DNA of 64,000 nt from a virus (Duplodnaviria > Caudoviricetes): the IMG/VR virus record IMGVR_UViG_3300029288_000080, positions 1 to 64,000 of that record; one strand, written 5' to 3'. Below the pieces are notes generated by a model. It worked only from the letters and a program-made list of their open reading frames with translations, did not search any database and was not told the origin of the DNA. Position 1 is the stretch's first letter; every line of letters starts with the position of its first letter. Positions 36,995 through 47,007 of the stretch are shown here, in pieces. A program made the translations under genes and the position numbers.

Positions 36995-38065
36995 ATGTCG
37001 ACGCAAACGACACCAGTAATTTCGTGTTCAACAGACACACCCCGTTGCGGCCTTGGGGACGCCATGCTGGACGATATGTCGGCATTGGCTGCCCCGCTTC
37101 CGCACAGCAACGTAGTAGGCATAGATCAACCACGGCTTCGGCGATTTCTTGACTATTTGAGCTTGGCCTGGCTTTCCCACGACTGCAGATTTAGCACACT
37201 GTATTTAGAGCACCCTACCGAGACACACTGGCGACTGGTCTGGTGGTGTCGATGGAATCTGTCCCCGACGGTGTGGGATGACGCCCGCCGTGCACTATTG
37301 TCAGACGACCAGGAGCAACTGGACGACAGTATTGACCTAGACTACAACTATGAAGAAGGTGGCCACGAGGGCATGGTGCGGCGACTTCGTGATGGGTTTG
37401 CCCCGTTGCTCGTTTCTGGCGTGACCCAGGGGCAACTACTGGGTCTTTTGCTGCCCTATTTACCTGCAAAACACGGTTCCAACAACGCCAAAGTTCTGCG
37501 GGATTTTATCACGGCTCGTCTTGTGGACCCACTGGCACAAGCGGGTAACCTCTACTACTGGTTTATCGACGATGACGACGCTGGCCCGCCCAACGCTGCT
37601 GTCGTGCTGGATTTGCCAGCTTGGCCTTGGGAAACGGTCTGGGAGCCTATGTGGCAAGAAGCGCAAAAGCGATCCAAAGAACTGCGTGATTGTATGGCAC
37701 GAGGTCACGTCACATACCTTGCCAAGATCGCCGCGATGATCGAGCCGGTAGACGGCCTCGTTACGGTGTACTTAGGTAACGAGTTTCCAGCGATTACCGA
37801 CCGCACCATCCAGGTGACGGCGGTGTGCCGACCAGTAACGCGCAGGGCCGTTCATGACGATGGCTCTCCTGCAAAATCTCCGCTAGTTCTCTCTGGGTGC
37901 TATCATATTCTGGACGACATCGAAGCCAGTGCCGTGTTGCCCACCGACGAGTTATACGTGCGGGTTTGGCAATCAGATTTAGAGCAGTTCGGTAATAAAG
38001 ACTACACAGTCCCTGCAGTTTCAACCAAGCGTTTTCATGAACTTGGTCAGGCGAGCACGAAATAG
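36995..38065 (+). CDS. hypothetical protein
   Basis: long ORF in co-oriented run. Confidence 0.6.
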   Translation: MSTQTTPVISCSTDTPRCGLGDAMLDDMSALAAPLPHSNVVGIDQPRLRRFLDYLSLAWLSHDCRFSTLYLEHPTETHWRLVWWCRWNLSPTVWDDARRALLSDDQEQLDDSIDLDYNYEEGGHEGMVRRLRDGFAPLLVSGVTQGQLLGLLLPYLPAKHGSNNAKVLRDFITARLVDPLAQAGNLYYWFIDDDDAGPPNAAVVLDLPAWPWETVWEPMWQEAQKRSKELRDCMARGHVTYLAKIAAMIEPVDGLVTVYLGNEFPAITDRTIQVTAVCRPVTRRAVHDDGSPAKSPLVLSGCYHILDDIEASAVLPTDELYVRVWQSDLEQFGNKDYTVPAVSTKRFHELGQASTK

Positions 38066-38133
38066 GTCGGTAAAATCTCCTCACGGCATTATTGCCGACG
38101 GCGCCCCTAACACCAACAAAGGAGGCCAGCGCC

Positions 38134-38865
38134 ATGTCGATCGCCCACGATGCCCAGGGAACCATGGATTTATTTGTCCAGTTCAGCAAATGTCTCGGAG
38201 CCTTGCCCTTCGTCGAGGAGGAAGGATTCCAGCAACTTCGCGGCCGGATCATCGCGGCCATGAACAAAATCCTTGACGAGCAGAAGATGCCCCAGGTTAA
38301 TACTCCTCCAGTGACCGAATCGGAACCTGCGGAAAAGGCATTTTCTTTCGCAGGAGGCTGCAGCGACCCCACGGCGTCCAAAAGCAAGCAACCCGCCACT
38401 GACCTGCTGTATCTTCTGCTGAACCTGAATCTTTTGCCCGACGACATTGCCTATTGTCTTTCGGCATCCCCGTGGATGCAAGGGCCTACTGTCGCGATTG
38501 GGACGACACTGGGTCAGGTGTTCAAGATCATGGTGGAGAAACAGGACGCTGAAATCCACGTGGCAGATTTAGTGGTTGATGGTGCGGCACGACGTTGTTG
38601 TGGCCACGATTGTCAGTATGTAACAACCAACTATGGCACTTCTATGAAGTGCGCCCTGAACGCCGCAGACCCACAAGACCTCACTGCTATCCCGAGGGAT
38701 TCTCAAGATTTCGTGATGGACTGCACTGCGCTGTGTGCCATGGCTCGTGGAGTTACTGGCAAGGCTAAAGTAACATTGGTGGACAAGCCAGCGGTATTTA
38801 CCCACGCCCATTCAATGTGGATTCGTAAACTCCAAGATGAGTCCTGTAAACCCTCGGCCGAGTAG
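38134..38865 (+). CDS. hypothetical protein
   Basis: AAGGAGG SD before ATG 38134. Confidence 0.6.
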   Translation: MSIAHDAQGTMDLFVQFSKCLGALPFVEEEGFQQLRGRIIAAMNKILDEQKMPQVNTPPVTESEPAEKAFSFAGGCSDPTASKSKQPATDLLYLLLNLNLLPDDIAYCLSASPWMQGPTVAIGTTLGQVFKIMVEKQDAEIHVADLVVDGAARRCCGHDCQYVTTNYGTSMKCALNAADPQDLTAIPRDSQDFVMDCTALCAMARGVTGKAKVTLVDKPAVFTHAHSMWIRKLQDESCKPSAE

Positions 38866-38889
38866 TCCGTCCTGTTTTCACGATCCCGC

Positions 38890-38899
38890 ACGTTAATCT
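38890..38899 (+). promoter_or_regulatory. candidate late promoter ACGTTAATCT
   Basis: recurrent motif upstream of the KamA-like gene. Confidence 0.6.
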
Positions 38900-38928
38900 T
38901 AACCAAACCCCCGAAAGGAGTTGTTCAA

Positions 38929-39990
38929 GTGGACCCAGTTCCCGACCCTAGTGACGACGTCTCGCTGATCCCTGATTTCTCCCAGTCCAAGCAACAGATC
39001 CATTGGCACGACTGGACCTGGCAGCTGTCCAATAGTTTCGCGCCGCCTGGCCCCGAAGTCCCATTCCCGGCCCGCTGCACCCCGTACTACTGGGACCTGC
39101 TGGAGCAGTTGGGCCCTGACCACCCGTTGCACCGCACCGTCGTGCCCGACGTTGCCGAGTTGATTGTGGCGCCCTGCGAGCAGCAGGACCCACTCGGCGA
39201 GGAACACGACTCCCCTGTTCCAGGTCTCGTGCACCGCTATCCAGACCGTGTCCTCTTGCTCGTGACCAACCAGTGTGCGGCGTACTGCCGGTACTGCACG
39301 AGGTCCAGGCAGGTCGGCCGCAGTAACGGCGGCTACAACTACGAGGCCATCCAGTATATCCGGCAGCATCCAGAAATCCGCGACGTCGTGATCTCGGGTG
39401 GTGACCCCTTGACACTCCCGACCGGCCAGATCGAGACGATCCTGGCGAAGCTCTCGGCCATCCCGCACGTCGAGATGGTGAGGATCGGGACCAAGGTTCC
39501 GCTGGTCTTGCCCCAAAGGATTGACCCTGACCTTTGCGAAGTGCTACGCCGATTTCATCCGTGGATTTCAATCCACTGCACTCATCCCGACGAGATCACC
39601 CCGGAGGCCGAAGCCGCGTTGAACCGACTGGCTTCCTGCGGGTGCCCCCTGGGCGCTCAAACCGTGCTGCTCAAGGGTATCAACGACGACCCTGAGGTCA
39701 TCCGGAGCCTCATGGTCAAGTTGCTGAAGAATCGTGTCCGCCCCTACTACCTCTATCAGTGCGACCCTGTCCCAGGAACCAGCCATTTCCGCACTGATCC
39801 CCAAGTGGGTGTTGGGATTCTGCGGCACCTTCAGGGCAAGATCAGTGGCTACGGGATCCCCAGGTTCGTCATTGACCTACCTGGTGGTGGCGGCAAAATC
39901 CCGTTGAATCCTGATTATGTCGTGGACCGAGACCCCGATGGCATCGACCTGGAAAACTGGCAGGGCGGGCGGTTCCGGTATCCTGGCTAA
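38929..39990 (+). CDS. kamA: KamA-family radical SAM/PLP aminomutase (lysine 2,3-aminomutase-like)
   Basis: DPLGEE..PVPGLVHRYPDRVLL..CAAYCRYCTR..SGGDPL..VRPYYLYQCD..IDLPGGGGKIPL. Confidence 0.92.
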   Translation: MDPVPDPSDDVSLIPDFSQSKQQIHWHDWTWQLSNSFAPPGPEVPFPARCTPYYWDLLEQLGPDHPLHRTVVPDVAELIVAPCEQQDPLGEEHDSPVPGLVHRYPDRVLLLVTNQCAAYCRYCTRSRQVGRSNGGYNYEAIQYIRQHPEIRDVVISGGDPLTLPTGQIETILAKLSAIPHVEMVRIGTKVPLVLPQRIDPDLCEVLRRFHPWISIHCTHPDEITPEAEAALNRLASCGCPLGAQTVLLKGINDDPEVIRSLMVKLLKNRVRPYYLYQCDPVPGTSHFRTDPQVGVGILRHLQGKISGYGIPRFVIDLPGGGGKIPLNPDYVVDRDPDGIDLENWQGGRFRYPG

Positions 39991-40057
39991 AGTCCCCTTG
40001 ACACCGTCCTAACCCACCTTATCTTGGGCCCCACAATTTCCAAGGAGGCCCACAGCC

Positions 40058-40438
40058 ATGTTCTCTCCGTATGCTTCGCTACTTGATTCTCTGCTGCGCC
40101 ACGACTACCAGGACCACGATGACCCTGTGGTGCCCAGGTGCAACCTGTACCCCCAGGACCGAGACTACATTGTGCAGGTCCAGATGCCTGGGGTGCCCCG
40201 CGATGCCATCGACATCCAGGTGGATCGAGGCATCCTGACGATCCAGGGGAAGTCGGAAATCCCCGGGACGCCAGACCCGACTCGTCAAGAATTCAAGTCC
40301 ACTGTTTATCGTCGAGAGTTCCACGTGGCCGACGAGGTGGACGTCGCGAGCATCACGGCCAAACACCAGGACGGCATCCTGACCCTCACGGTCCCGCGAG
40401 GCAAGGCTACCCAGGCCCACAAGATTTCGGTCCAGTAG
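40058..40438 (+). CDS. small heat-shock protein Hsp20
   Basis: MPGVPRDAIDIQVDRGILTIQG..YRREF..ITAKHQDGILTLTVP. Confidence 0.9.
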   Translation: MFSPYASLLDSLLRHDYQDHDDPVVPRCNLYPQDRDYIVQVQMPGVPRDAIDIQVDRGILTIQGKSEIPGTPDPTRQEFKSTVYRREFHVADEVDVASITAKHQDGILTLTVPRGKATQAHKISVQ

Positions 40439-40445
40439 AAAAAGA

Positions 40446-40480
40446 TTGACATCGGCCTGGGTCCACGGTAAAGTACCTAC
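40446..40480 (+). promoter_or_regulatory. sigma70-type promoter, leaderless
   Basis: TTGACA-17-TAAAGT, 6 nt to ATG 40481. Confidence 0.75.
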
Positions 40481-40924
40481 ATGGACCCCAAGGTCACGAC
40501 CGAAATCAGAAACCAAGTGGACCAGGTGCTGGTTCGTCTGGCCCGAGTGCCCGAGCAGCCCCCGGGGCTCGGGTGGGACCCCCAGGATCTCAATGGTGCC
40601 TGTGCCGTGGCCTCGTGGCTGTTGTTCCGCGCCCTACGGGACCAAGGCGTCGAGGCCGACTTCTGCATTTCGGCCGACGAGGGCCATTGTTTCTGCATGG
40701 TCGGGGACTTCGTGGTGGACCCAACTGCTCGCCAGTTCGGTTTCTGCCCTGACGTGGTGGTCGCGGAGACTCAGTACCTGACCCAGCGGTATCGACAGGG
40801 CGACGAGGAGTTCCCTTGGGCCCTGGGCCGCAGGGTCTCGACCGAGCCCGAGATCCAGGAGATCCTGGCGGACTGGACCCCGGACCAGCAGCCCCGCTAT
40901 TATCAGGATAAGGGGATCCTCTAA
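40481..40924 (+). CDS. transglutaminase/papain-like catalytic-triad protein
   Basis: GACAVAS..GHCFC..VVDPTARQF (C-H-D order). Confidence 0.55.
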   Translation: MDPKVTTEIRNQVDQVLVRLARVPEQPPGLGWDPQDLNGACAVASWLLFRALRDQGVEADFCISADEGHCFCMVGDFVVDPTARQFGFCPDVVVAETQYLTQRYRQGDEEFPWALGRRVSTEPEIQEILADWTPDQQPRYYQDKGIL

Positions 40925-41202
40925 TGCCGATTGACCAGTATTGCACGTGCACGGTTCTGGTGGAGCGGGGCCCAGATCGCCCCGTGGGTGGTTGCATCAG
41001 GGCCTTGTCCTACACCATCTGGAGTATCTCGGAGATCCCCGACCATGTGGTCCAGTGGCTCGCGAGCAATTCTATCGTGGTGGGGCCGGGCTGCCAGGGC
41101 CAGCGGTTCAGTATCGCGGCTCGGGGACGAGGCAACCACCAGGATCACTTGCACCTAACCCACTGGGTCCAGGTCGACTGGACCATTGATTCGGGAGATT
41201 AA
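40924..41202 (+). CDS. hypothetical protein
   Basis: TAATG coupling. Confidence 0.5.
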   Translation: MPIDQYCTCTVLVERGPDRPVGGCIRALSYTIWSISEIPDHVVQWLASNSIVVGPGCQGQRFSIAARGRGNHQDHLHLTHWVQVDWTIDSGD

Positions 41203-41210
41203 ACAACGGT

Positions 41211-41294
41211 TTGGCCCATGGGTCGCGGACAGGATTTGATGCTCAGATGCGGGGCACCATAACCAACCCTAATGGTCCGCGGCCCTTGGGTCAA
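41211..41294 (+). ncRNA. unidentified long-stem structured RNA next to a tRNA
   Basis: TTGGCCCA-T-GGGTCGCGGAC pairs with GTCCGCGGCCC-T-TGGGTCAA around a loop of about 44 nt. Confidence 0.4.
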
Positions 41295-41314
41295 TTTTTC
41301 AGGTAAAGGTTTGA

Positions 41315-41386
41315 GGGCCTGTCATCTACTGGCTAGGATCTGGGGCTCATAACCCCATGAACACGGATCGGAACCGTGCGGGCCCA
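41315..41386 (+). tRNA. tRNA-Ile2/Met(CAT)
   Basis: TGGGG-CTCATAA-CCCCA; T-loop ATCGGAA. Confidence 0.8.
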
Positions 41387-41404
41387 TAGTCAGAAAGCTA
41401 ATCC

Positions 41405-41872
41405 ATGCACGGCTACGGTACTGCTAAAAATGACAAACATGCTTGGCTGACACGGTCAGGCTCTCGGTCAACTGTGCCGAGCCCGCGTGGGCACTTCTTC
41501 GACTTGGTTGCACCAGAAAATCTTGAAGAACTGCCCTTGAATCAGCAGCGCAATATTGTTGCGAGGCAGTTTGAACTTGGCTGTGAGAAACTGAAGGCCC
41601 TGAAAGCTGACGCCAAAACGACCGTGCTGTCGCGCCGCCAGTATGACGCCTTGCGGGCCGAGTTGGTCGAGCGAAATACTTTCTGGTCGATTAAGTTGCA
41701 GGAGATCAACCGACAGATCAGTGCCGTGAGCACTCCGCCATTTTCCAAGGTTTTTCTTGAGGTCGCGAAGGAGATGCTCCCGACTGATGTTTTCCGACGA
41801 ATCTACGAGGCAACCCAGAAACGTCTCGAGGAGGTCCAGGAGGCGCGTAAAACAGAGGGTGTTGCTCGTTGA
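41405..41872 (+). CDS. hypothetical protein
   Basis: helical ORF after tRNA. Confidence 0.55.
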   Translation: MHGYGTAKNDKHAWLTRSGSRSTVPSPRGHFFDLVAPENLEELPLNQQRNIVARQFELGCEKLKALKADAKTTVLSRRQYDALRAELVERNTFWSIKLQEINRQISAVSTPPFSKVFLEVAKEMLPTDVFRRIYEATQKRLEEVQEARKTEGVAR

Positions 41873-41997
41873 TCCAGGAGGCAAGATGAACCCGAGTCAG
41901 ACTGGCAGACAAAGGTTTACGTTTGAATGGCTTGAAGGTGGGGAAGCACACTTAACTGCGCTTAAACAGTGTACGTCGAGAATCAGAAATACCTACA

Positions 41998-43470
41998 ATG
42001 GCTTGTAAGTTTACCCCGACGTTCATCGCGGAATTTCCTCTCCGGACCACCGAGGCCGACGAGGTAGAACTGTCCGTCAGGATGGAGGCGGCCCGCCATA
42101 TTTACAACGCCTGTTTGGGTGAGTCACTGCGGCGGCTTGCTCTGATGCGGGAGTCCAAAGCATGGCAGGCCGCCAGGAAACTGCCCAAAAAGAAACGCAC
42201 CGAGGCGTTCAAGGCGACCCTAGAAAAGTTTGGCTTCTCACCGGCTTCCATCCAGAAATTCGCCGAGCAATGCCGAGACGCCTGTTGGATCGGGGACCAT
42301 CTTGGCTCCCACGACACCCAGACCACCAGCCTCAGGGCTTTCAAGGCTGTACAGCAGTATATGTTCGGGAAACACGGTCGCCCTCGATTCAAAGGGTACA
42401 ACAGGCTCCACAGCGTTGAGGGCAAAGCTAACGACGTAGTTCGTTTCAGGGTTGTACATGAGGTGCCCATGATCTTATGGGCTGGATTAGTGCTGCCATT
42501 GTTACTGGACCCACAGGACCGAGGTGGTTGGCAAGCCCAGGCCCTTAAATGCAGGACAAAATATGTCAGAATACTGCGCCGTACTATCGGGACCACAACC
42601 AGATGGTACTGCCAATTGATCCAGGAAGGCACAGCCCCGAGGAAAGCGCGACACCCAACAGGTGACGGAACTGTGGGTTTGGACATCGGGCCCAGCACCA
42701 TCGCGATCGTGGCACAGGACACCGCTCAGTTGGAAACCTTCTGCGCTGGTATAGAGCCACCAGCACGGAGGATCAAGTTGATCCAGCGGGCCATGGACCG
42801 ATCACGCCGTGCCACCAATCCCCAGGCGTACAACCCAAATGGTACCCATCGCCGGGGTGCACGGGCCACCACCAAATCCAAGCGGTACCGCACTTTAGCG
42901 GCCGGAAAAGCCGATCTTGAGCGTCGTCTGGCCGCAGAACGCAAATGCGCCCAAGGCGAACTGGCCAACCGGGTCCTGGCCTTGGGCAACACGGTCAAAA
43001 CGGAGGCCGTGAGTTATAAATCTTTTCAGCGCAATTTCGGACGTAGCGTGCAGTGTAGGGCTCCCGGTATGTTTATCTCGATCCTCAAGCGCAAGGCTGA
43101 AAGTGCCGGTGCTTCCGTGACGGAGTTTTCCACGTACCACACGAAGCTCTCGCAGTTTGACCACATGACTGGTCAGTGCAAAAAAAAGCCACTGAGCCAG
43201 CGGTACCATGAATTTCCAGACGGTACCAGAGTGCAGCGCGATCTGTACTCCGCGTGGTTGGCCCGCTACGTTGAACACGATCGACTCGACGTTTCCCAGT
43301 TGAAAACCGACTGGGCGGCTGCGGAACCGCTGCTGCGACAGGCGGCGTCGAGTTTCAACCAATCTGCGAGTAGGGGAGGCTCTGCCAACCCTTACGGTCC
43401 TGACCGTCAGAGCGGATCGTCTGTCAAAGAGGTAAAGCCGTTTCGTCGAGGCCACGGAGGTGTAGCGTGA
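41998..43470 (+). CDS. tnpB: TnpB RNA-guided nuclease (IS200/605 family)
   Basis: RHIYNACL, GRPRFK, RuvC VGLDIG / KTE / QRDLYSA. Confidence 0.9.
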   Translation: MACKFTPTFIAEFPLRTTEADEVELSVRMEAARHIYNACLGESLRRLALMRESKAWQAARKLPKKKRTEAFKATLEKFGFSPASIQKFAEQCRDACWIGDHLGSHDTQTTSLRAFKAVQQYMFGKHGRPRFKGYNRLHSVEGKANDVVRFRVVHEVPMILWAGLVLPLLLDPQDRGGWQAQALKCRTKYVRILRRTIGTTTRWYCQLIQEGTAPRKARHPTGDGTVGLDIGPSTIAIVAQDTAQLETFCAGIEPPARRIKLIQRAMDRSRRATNPQAYNPNGTHRRGARATTKSKRYRTLAAGKADLERRLAAERKCAQGELANRVLALGNTVKTEAVSYKSFQRNFGRSVQCRAPGMFISILKRKAESAGASVTEFSTYHTKLSQFDHMTGQCKKKPLSQRYHEFPDGTRVQRDLYSAWLARYVEHDRLDVSQLKTDWAAAEPLLRQAASSFNQSASRGGSANPYGPDRQSGSSVKEVKPFRRGHGGVA

Positions 43471-43560
43471 GCGAGAACCGTGGAGAGATGGAACATCGAC
43501 AACCTCGGAACCCCTGGGCTTCAACTCAGGGGAGGTTCAGGGTCAATCCTGACAAAATCT
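43380..43560 (+). mobile_element. IS605-like right end and probable reRNA with downstream guide
   Basis: hairpin CCCCTGGG-CTTCAA-CTCAGGGG then AGGTTCA; no tnpA nearby. Confidence 0.65.
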
Positions 43561-43640
43561 GGCCCGACCCTGATGGCACCATCATGGAGCGGTACCGCCG
43601 GCAGTACGAAGGCATGGATATTTAGGCAAGGAGGTGTATT

Positions 43641-44063
43641 GTGATGGTGACCTTTTTTGACCTTGTGTATGGTGTCATGCTGGGTTTAACGAAACTTGGT
43701 GTGTTCACCATTCGAACCGATGCTGCTGCCCACGCTGCCGCAGGTAAAGGTATTTTAGAAACACTGATAGGTCATAACTATGCAAATGGCCACGGTTGTA
43801 CTTACCACGTGGAAAGAAACAAGGAGGTTAGAGAACTATTTTTCGGCGAGATCGCGTTTACTAATGCTGTACATCTGTATTTATCTCCTGTTCTTCCTTG
43901 GACGCCACAGCAGAATACTAATCTGACGGGTGTGCACATATGGGGGTTTGTTGGTGATACTGCTACGACAGAAAACGTAGTCTCAAAACTACAAAAATTT
44001 TTCTGTGTCGAGAGCACCCCCCCAGAAAATCTGGACCCTCCGGGAAGCCGTGGAGCAAAATAA
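43641..44063 (+). CDS. hypothetical protein
   Basis: AAGGAGGT SD. Confidence 0.55.
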   Translation: MMVTFFDLVYGVMLGLTKLGVFTIRTDAAAHAAAGKGILETLIGHNYANGHGCTYHVERNKEVRELFFGEIAFTNAVHLYLSPVLPWTPQQNTNLTGVHIWGFVGDTATTENVVSKLQKFFCVESTPPENLDPPGSRGAK

Positions 44064-44214
44064 AACTCGACAGCAATGCTGTGTCTGTGGCAAGGCCACC
44101 GTGCGGGTGGCCCTGTGCCTCACGGCGGTCCAGTATTGCCGATGCGTTGAGCATTTGGCGAAATAACGGGTAAAATGCAACCAGGCGGGCACTGGGCCCG
44201 CCGAAAGGATCCAG

Positions 44215-44568
44215 ATGGGTGAATTAATTAATTTGGATGGTACACCAGCTCGCTCTACCAAGGAGCCAGATCAGCCTGACCAGGAGCCCGAGGTCCAGCA
44301 GTTGCCACCCGGCGCCATGGTGATGGTGATCCCGATGGTTTGTCCCAGGTGTCAGGCCCAGGTGGCCATGCAGGTCAGGCCCGTGCTTCTGCACGTCAGG
44401 GCCGACGGGGTCCTGATGGCCGGGCCGGGTGAGCACGACGAGATCGTCGGGCAAGCCTTTACCGTAGGGCTGGACCGCCCCGGGATGCAGTGCCCCCAGT
44501 GTACCGGCAGCGGCCTGGTGGTGCCGTCAGGGATGCCTGGTGGTCTACCGCCGATGGGACCACGCTGA
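44215..44568 (+). CDS. Zn-finger (2x CxxC) protein
   Basis: CPRC..CPQCTGSG. Confidence 0.6.
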   Translation: MGELINLDGTPARSTKEPDQPDQEPEVQQLPPGAMVMVIPMVCPRCQAQVAMQVRPVLLHVRADGVLMAGPGEHDEIVGQAFTVGLDRPGMQCPQCTGSGLVVPSGMPGGLPPMGPR

Positions 44569-44770
44569 TGGCCAAGCGTAAGCCCGAGGGCCCCACAGTG
44601 GACCGGATCACCGTGCTCAAATGGCTGGCCCAGCAGAATCGGGTCAACCGGGACTTGGAAACCATTCTGGTTGACATGACCCGTCAAACTTTGCAGTATC
44701 GTCGGATGCTGCACCGGCTCAAATGGACCGTGCGGCCCCGCCGGTTCAAACTTGCCCGAAAAGGTGTTTA

Positions 44771-45640
44771 ATGCTTCTTGACGAAACCCGCCAAGCCCTG
44801 GTCAAGCAGTTCGAGCACACCGACGTCCTGGACCATGGGTTCGTCCGGCTCGACGATTTAATGGGCGATGACCACGATGTCTGCCGGGCAGCCAGGCTTT
44901 CCACTGGAAATACCAGGGCGAAAATTGACCTCGTGCGAGACGCCAAGCTCATCCATTATTTGATGCGGCACGAGCACCTGACGCCCTTTGAGCAGTGTGA
45001 GATCAAACTGCATATGCGGTTGCCCATTTTCGTAGCCCGGCAGATTCTACGCACCCGCACCGCGTCACCGAACGAAATGTCAGGACGCTACAGCGAGTTG
45101 CCCAACGAGTTCTACATTCCTGAAAATCAGCATATCCGCAAGCAGGACTCGATCAACAAGCAAGGTAGCGCCGAACCCGTCGACGAACTGACGGCGCGGA
45201 GACAAAGTTTTGGTATGCGGAGCGTCTGCGAAGCCGATTTTGACCAGTACCATGTTGGTCTGGACGCGGGTGTGGCACGCGAGACCGCCAGGATTGTGCT
45301 GCCCCTCGGCACCTACACGGAAATCATTTTCAAAATCGACCTGCGAAATCTACTGCACTTCATCGTGCTCAGGACCGACCCTCACGCCCAATATGAAATC
45401 CAAGTCTACGCCGACGTCATGGCCAAGATCGTCAGGGCATGGGTGCCCCAGACCTGGGATGCTTTCGAGCAATACCGGCTCAACGCTACCGTAGCTTCCT
45501 GGGCCGTTATGACGGCCTTGGCTAAAAATCCCAACTGTGTTGCCAGCATTGCTGCGGCCTTGACTGATAGCAACCCTAACGTTGTGGACTTCAGAACTAC
45601 GGCTGACGAGTTCATCGTGGCGCTCAAGTCGCTTGTCTAA
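44771..45640 (+). CDS. thyX: FAD-dependent thymidylate synthase
   Basis: VLDHGFVRL, HLTPFE, PIFVARQILRTRTASPNEMSGRY, ARETARIVLP, HAQYEI. Confidence 0.95.
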   Translation: MLLDETRQALVKQFEHTDVLDHGFVRLDDLMGDDHDVCRAARLSTGNTRAKIDLVRDAKLIHYLMRHEHLTPFEQCEIKLHMRLPIFVARQILRTRTASPNEMSGRYSELPNEFYIPENQHIRKQDSINKQGSAEPVDELTARRQSFGMRSVCEADFDQYHVGLDAGVARETARIVLPLGTYTEIIFKIDLRNLLHFIVLRTDPHAQYEIQVYADVMAKIVRAWVPQTWDAFEQYRLNATVASWAVMTALAKNPNCVASIAAALTDSNPNVVDFRTTADEFIVALKSLV

Positions 45641-45722
45641 ATTAGGCCAGTTGTCCAGCGTGGACAACCACCCCATTTTAAACAACTTCGTGCGGCTATC
45701 TACTAAGTAGTTTTTGATCTGT

Positions 45723-45732
45723 ACGTTAATGT
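45723..45732 (+). promoter_or_regulatory. candidate late promoter ACGTTAATGT
   Basis: recurrent motif upstream of the lysin. Confidence 0.55.
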
Positions 45733-45799
45733 ATCCTACTTACCCACCAGGGTGTTCCTGGTGGTCTACCACCGGGATGGCCCGGCGAAAGGATCAATC

Positions 45800-46597
45800 A
45801 TGTCGCTAATCTTCATCCTGTTGCTACTGGCGATTCCCCAGCAGCACGACACCACGGTGCCCGATGCTATCCGGACGTTCGTGCCCGGCATCGTGGCGCC
45901 CACGACACTGCCGACCGACGCCATGATCGTCAGGGCCATCAAGGCCCTGGAGGCCCGGGGGGTTCCGGTCACGGACGATAGGGCTGCCCAGTACGCCAAG
46001 TTCATCTTGGCAGCAGCTCGACGCCATGGGATTGACCCCTACCTGCTGGTCGCGGTGGCGCGTGTCGAGTCCAACTTCACGCCGGCAGTTCGGCCTGATT
46101 TTCGGTGCAAGACCCCTGGGTACCAGTATTGCAGCCAGGACTGTGGAGTTACCCAGCAGAATTTCTCGGGGCGTCCGAAGTGGGTGTTGGCTCGCTGCAA
46201 GCAAGTCCAGCAGGACCCGGCTGAGTCATTCATGTTGGCGGCCGACGAGTTGGCCAAGCACGCGGTCTGGTGCCGTGAAAAAATCCACCTGGACAGCACA
46301 CCTGAGCGTTGCATCTTGAACCGGTACAACGGTGGCCCCTACTATCGGCGGGTCGAGCAGTGCCGCAAGATGGGGTGTGATGCTCTTCCCCTCGAGCGTC
46401 AAGGGCGTTGCCGATTCAGCCAGCGGCGCTGCATGGTGACCGCCACCTACTGGACCAAGGTCATGTGCTACCAGGAGGCCGCCAGGACCGCGACGACCCC
46501 GACGAAAAACTGCCACTGGTGTTGGAGCGTGGACGACATCCCCAGCCACTTTTCTCAAGGGATCCAAGGTAATGCTGGATCCAAAGCCATTAGATAA
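45800..46597 (+). CDS. secreted SLT-family lytic transglycosylase (Cys-rich)
   Basis: hydrophobic N-terminus; AARRHGIDPYLLVAVARVESNF, GVTQ, YNGG. Confidence 0.8.
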   Translation: MSLIFILLLLAIPQQHDTTVPDAIRTFVPGIVAPTTLPTDAMIVRAIKALEARGVPVTDDRAAQYAKFILAAARRHGIDPYLLVAVARVESNFTPAVRPDFRCKTPGYQYCSQDCGVTQQNFSGRPKWVLARCKQVQQDPAESFMLAADELAKHAVWCREKIHLDSTPERCILNRYNGGPYYRRVEQCRKMGCDALPLERQGRCRFSQRRCMVTATYWTKVMCYQEAARTATTPTKNCHWCWSVDDIPSHFSQGIQGNAGSKAIR

Positions 46598-46630
46598 AAC
46601 TTTTTACCTTGTGGTGAGGCAAGGGATTTC

Positions 46631-46665
46631 TTGACTGTCTTGCCTCGCCATGCTACAGTACCCCT
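46631..46665 (+). promoter_or_regulatory. sigma70-type promoter, leaderless
   Basis: TTGACT-17-TACAGT with extended TG, 6 nt to ATG 46666. Confidence 0.75.
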
Positions 46666-47007
46666 ATGTTTAACCATCCCACCAGTTACCGTAGTGCCAT
46701 GTCTCCGCCTGTTTTGTTGATGGAACGGTCGTACAAGTTTTTCGTCAACAGTCGGGAAGACCCTAGAATGCACATTCATGTGTGCGAAGGGCGTAATCCT
46801 AGACAAGCCACCAAAATGGCCAGATTTTGGCTAGAGCGCGACGGGAGACTGGAAGTTTCTTTGGACGAGTCCCCGACCGAAACGTTCGGGTTTAGTCCGT
46901 CGGAACTGGCCGTTTTTCAGGAAATGGTTGAGGAACACCTAGACGTTTTTGTAGCCGATTGGCAGAAGAGGTTTCCCCGTGCGCCCACTAGAGATCGTCG
47001 CGGTTAG
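46666..47007 (+). CDS. DUF4160-family protein (TA-like toxin)
   Basis: YKFFVNSRED..MHIHV..ARFWLE. Confidence 0.75.
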   Translation: MFNHPTSYRSAMSPPVLLMERSYKFFVNSREDPRMHIHVCEGRNPRQATKMARFWLERDGRLEVSLDESPTETFGFSPSELAVFQEMVEEHLDVFVADWQKRFPRAPTRDRRG

